From an uncultured Acidobacteriota bacterium (GTDB taxonomy: Bacteria > Acidobacteriota > UBA6911 > RPQK01 > CBDAPI01), in the NCBI GenBank assembly GCA_964569605.1, contig CAZMUJ010000071.1, forward strand, positions 12,313 through 76,312: DNA of 64,000 nucleotides, in the 5' to 3' direction. The notes below the pieces were generated by a model, which saw nothing but the letters and a program-made list of their open reading frames with translations, was not told the DNA's origin and ran no database searches. Position 1 is the stretch's first letter; each line of letters opens with the position of its first letter. Below are positions 61,958 through 64,000 of this stretch, piece by piece. The position numbers and the translations under genes are program-made.

Positions 61958-63291
61958 CCTTCGGAGACCCCTTGGATTATCTCATCCTTCGGAAGCCATT
62001 TTTTTAGATACTTGACTAGTTGACCTCGGAGAGAATCTATCTTGACTCTGTTAATAACTTCTCCAGCAAAACCATAGATAAGCATGTTACGTGCTGCCAC
62101 CTCTGGAATTCCTCTTGAGCGAAGATAAAACATGGCTTCTGAATCAAGTTGTCCAATAGTTGCCCCATGCGTACACTTCACATCATCTGCGTAGATTTCT
62201 AGTTGGGGTTTGGTGTTGGCGAGAGAATCGTCAGACAACAACAAATTTTTATTGGTTTGCTTTGAATCTGTTTTCTGGGCATCTTCGTGCACAATGATTC
62301 GACCCCGGAAACCGCCACGGGCTTTTTCGTCCAGAACACCCTTGAACAACTCTCGACTATCGCAATGAGACTTCCTGTGTTCCAGGGTCGTATAGTTGTC
62401 AAGGTGTTGGCGCTCTTTGAGAAGATACAGCCCGTCAATACCAGCCAGGCTACCTTCTCCATCTAACACACACCGGAAATCATTGCGTGCCAGCTGGCTA
62501 CCAAGGTCAATAGAAAGCGTCCTATATTGGCTGTCCTGGGATTGATAGACTTCATTACAACTCACGTGATAACCGTTCCTGCTTTCGTTTTGAAGACGAT
62601 AGTGATGAACCGTCGAATTAGCGCCAACCACCACTTCGGTCACCGGGTTGGTGAAAGTGATGTTATCGCCTGTGCCCAGGTACCCCTCAACAAGCGTAAG
62701 CTCACTACTCTCCCCTAACACGACAAGATTGCGCAAATGGGTCCTAATCGGCCGGCTTGAATTGGTGGTTACGTGAATAAGATATAAAGGTGACTCTACT
62801 ACCGTATCCTGATTAACATGAACGACAAAGCCATCTTTGCAAAATGCGGAATTCAATGCCGTAAAAGGATTCTGATTTATTGCAGCATATTGACCCAGGT
62901 GTTCTTTAAGGAAATCTGGAGAGTCGTGAAGAGCCGCAGTCAAAGTTTTGACCGTCACACCGTCAACCTCTGGTAAGCTGCAGAGTTCCGGGCACAAAGT
63001 TCCGTTGAACAAAACTAGTCGGGGACAGTTTAAGTCAGTAAATTGTAATTGATTGAACTCGTCAGAACTAAAAGAAAGACCCTCTTCTACTGAAAGCCCG
63101 AATTCCGTCCTGGCCAAGGTACGAAAATCCGAGAACTTCCACTCTTCATCTTTGCGCCCTGGAAATCCCTGCCGAATAAAATTCTCCATACCAGCTGAAC
63201 GAGACTCTTGGAACCAACGGGGATCTTTCGTTCCGTTCCGTTGAACTGATTCGAAACTCTGCTGATAAAGACTCATGTTTCTAGCGGTCAT
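61954..63291 (-). CDS. sufD: Fe-S cluster assembly protein SufD
   Basis: 445-aa SufB/SufD beta-helix family protein placed between sufC and sufS; 4-nt overlap with sufS. Confidence 0.8.
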   Translation of the reverse strand: MTARNMSLYQQSFESVQRNGTKDPRWFQESRSAGMENFIRQGFPGRKDEEWKFSDFRTLARTEFGLSVEEGLSFSSDEFNQLQFTDLNCPRLVLFNGTLCPELCSLPEVDGVTVKTLTAALHDSPDFLKEHLGQYAAINQNPFTALNSAFCKDGFVVHVNQDTVVESPLYLIHVTTNSSRPIRTHLRNLVVLGESSELTLVEGYLGTGDNITFTNPVTEVVVGANSTVHHYRLQNESRNGYHVSCNEVYQSQDSQYRTLSIDLGSQLARNDFRCVLDGEGSLAGIDGLYLLKERQHLDNYTTLEHRKSHCDSRELFKGVLDEKARGGFRGRIIVHEDAQKTDSKQTNKNLLLSDDSLANTKPQLEIYADDVKCTHGATIGQLDSEAMFYLRSRGIPEVAARNMLIYGFAGEVINRVKIDSLRGQLVKYLKKWLPKDEIIQGVSEG

Positions 63292-63304
63292 TTAGTTGAT
63301 TTCC

Positions 63305-64000
63305 TTAATTAACAACAGCTTGCGGTGTGGATTTCTTTAGCCATGCATAACCTTTATCTTCCAGGGAACGGGCTAATTCCTTGCTGCCGCTTTTAACTAT
63401 TCGACCTTGGTAAAGAACATGAACATAATCAGGAACAATGTAGTCAAGCATCCGCTGGTAATGTGTCACTATCATAAAAGCTCGTTTTTTCGAACGAAGC
63501 GTATTGACACCTTTTGCCACAATTTTCAGAGCATCGATGTCCAAACCCGAATCAGTTTCATCCAAAATAGCAAGAGACGGCTCTAAAACAGCCATCTGAA
63601 AAATTTCATTTCGCTTCTTTTCTCCACCAGAAAAACCTTCATTGACCGGTCTGTTAAGTAGCTCGTCGTCCATTTCCAGAAGTTCCATTTTCTCTCTTAT
63701 CAGCTGGAGAAAATCGGCAGCATCCACTTCTTCCTTGTCCCGGCTAGCAAGAATTGCATTAAGAGCTGATTTTAGAAAATAGGTATTGCTAACTCCAGGG
63801 ATCTCAATTGGATACTGGAAAGCCATGAAAACACCCTCACAGGCTCTCTCTTCAGGGTCCATTTCGAGAAGGTTCTTTCCTCTAAACCAGACTTCCCCAC
63901 CGGTTACCTGATAGGTATCACGGCCAGCAAGTACTTGTGCGAGAGTGCTCTTGCCTGAACCATTAGGGCCCATAATAGAATGAATCTCTCCATCATTGAT
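63305..64000 (-). CDS. sufC: Fe-S cluster assembly ATPase SufC (N-terminus beyond window end)
   Basis: The ORF runs off the 3' edge. Walker A GPNGSGKST, an ABC signature region FSGGEKKRNEI and a Walker B region LAILDETDSGLD are visible. Confidence 0.85.
   Translation of the reverse strand: MNDGEIHSIMGPNGSGKSTLAQVLAGRDTYQVTGGEVWFRGKNLLEMDPEERACEGVFMAFQYPIEIPGVSNTYFLKSALNAILASRDKEEVDAADFLQLIREKMELLEMDDELLNRPVNEGFSGGEKKRNEIFQMAVLEPSLAILDETDSGLDIDALKIVAKGVNTLRSKKRAFMIVTHYQRMLDYIVPDYVHVLYQGRIVKSGSKELARSLEDKGYAWLKKSTPQAVVN

Overview
This 64 kb window looks like core chromosome, roughly mid-40s %GC by eye, from a bacterium I cannot place confidently. Lipobox binding proteins, TPR and PQQ-propeller proteins and a GT39-like glycosyltransferase suggest a PVC/Verrucomicrobia-like lineage, but that is a guess. 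Left to right, the contents are: (1) a sugar ABC uptake locus with two paralogous lipoprotein binding proteins, a two-domain ATPase and one permease. (2) Two divergent Nramp-like transporters at 7293-8837 and 21532-22944, plus an MFS transporter. (3) A redox and peroxide-stress neighbourhood: a Fur-family regulator fused to a ferritin/rubrerythrin-like di-iron domain, divergent from a 2Fe-2S ferredoxin, then a di-haem cytochrome c peroxidase and a 1-Cys peroxiredoxin, with sugar isomerase and Gfo/Idh/MocA genes in between. (4) tyrS and tRNA-Lys(CTT). (5) A contiguous 15-gene complex I (nuo) cluster on the minus strand, 25968-41287, with unusual organisation. The order is J-K-(extra antiporter-like)-(small 2-TM ORF)-L-M-N-A-B-C-D-(E-F fused)-G-H-I. 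(6) rpsU, then the replication initiation block gyrA-gyrB-dnaN-dnaA on the minus strand with a candidate oriC beyond dnaA, then HU and rpsA. (7) prfA-prmC-folE followed by a secreted vWA protein, and a TraB-family protein. (8) A suf Fe-S assembly operon (sufC partial at the window edge, sufD, sufS, sufU, sufT). I recognised no transposases, integrases, CRISPR arrays or defence-system genes. The most unusual features are the permuted and augmented nuo cluster, the NuoE-NuoF fusion, the Fur/ferritin-like fusion regulator and the Nramp-like paralogs lacking the canonical metal-binding motifs.
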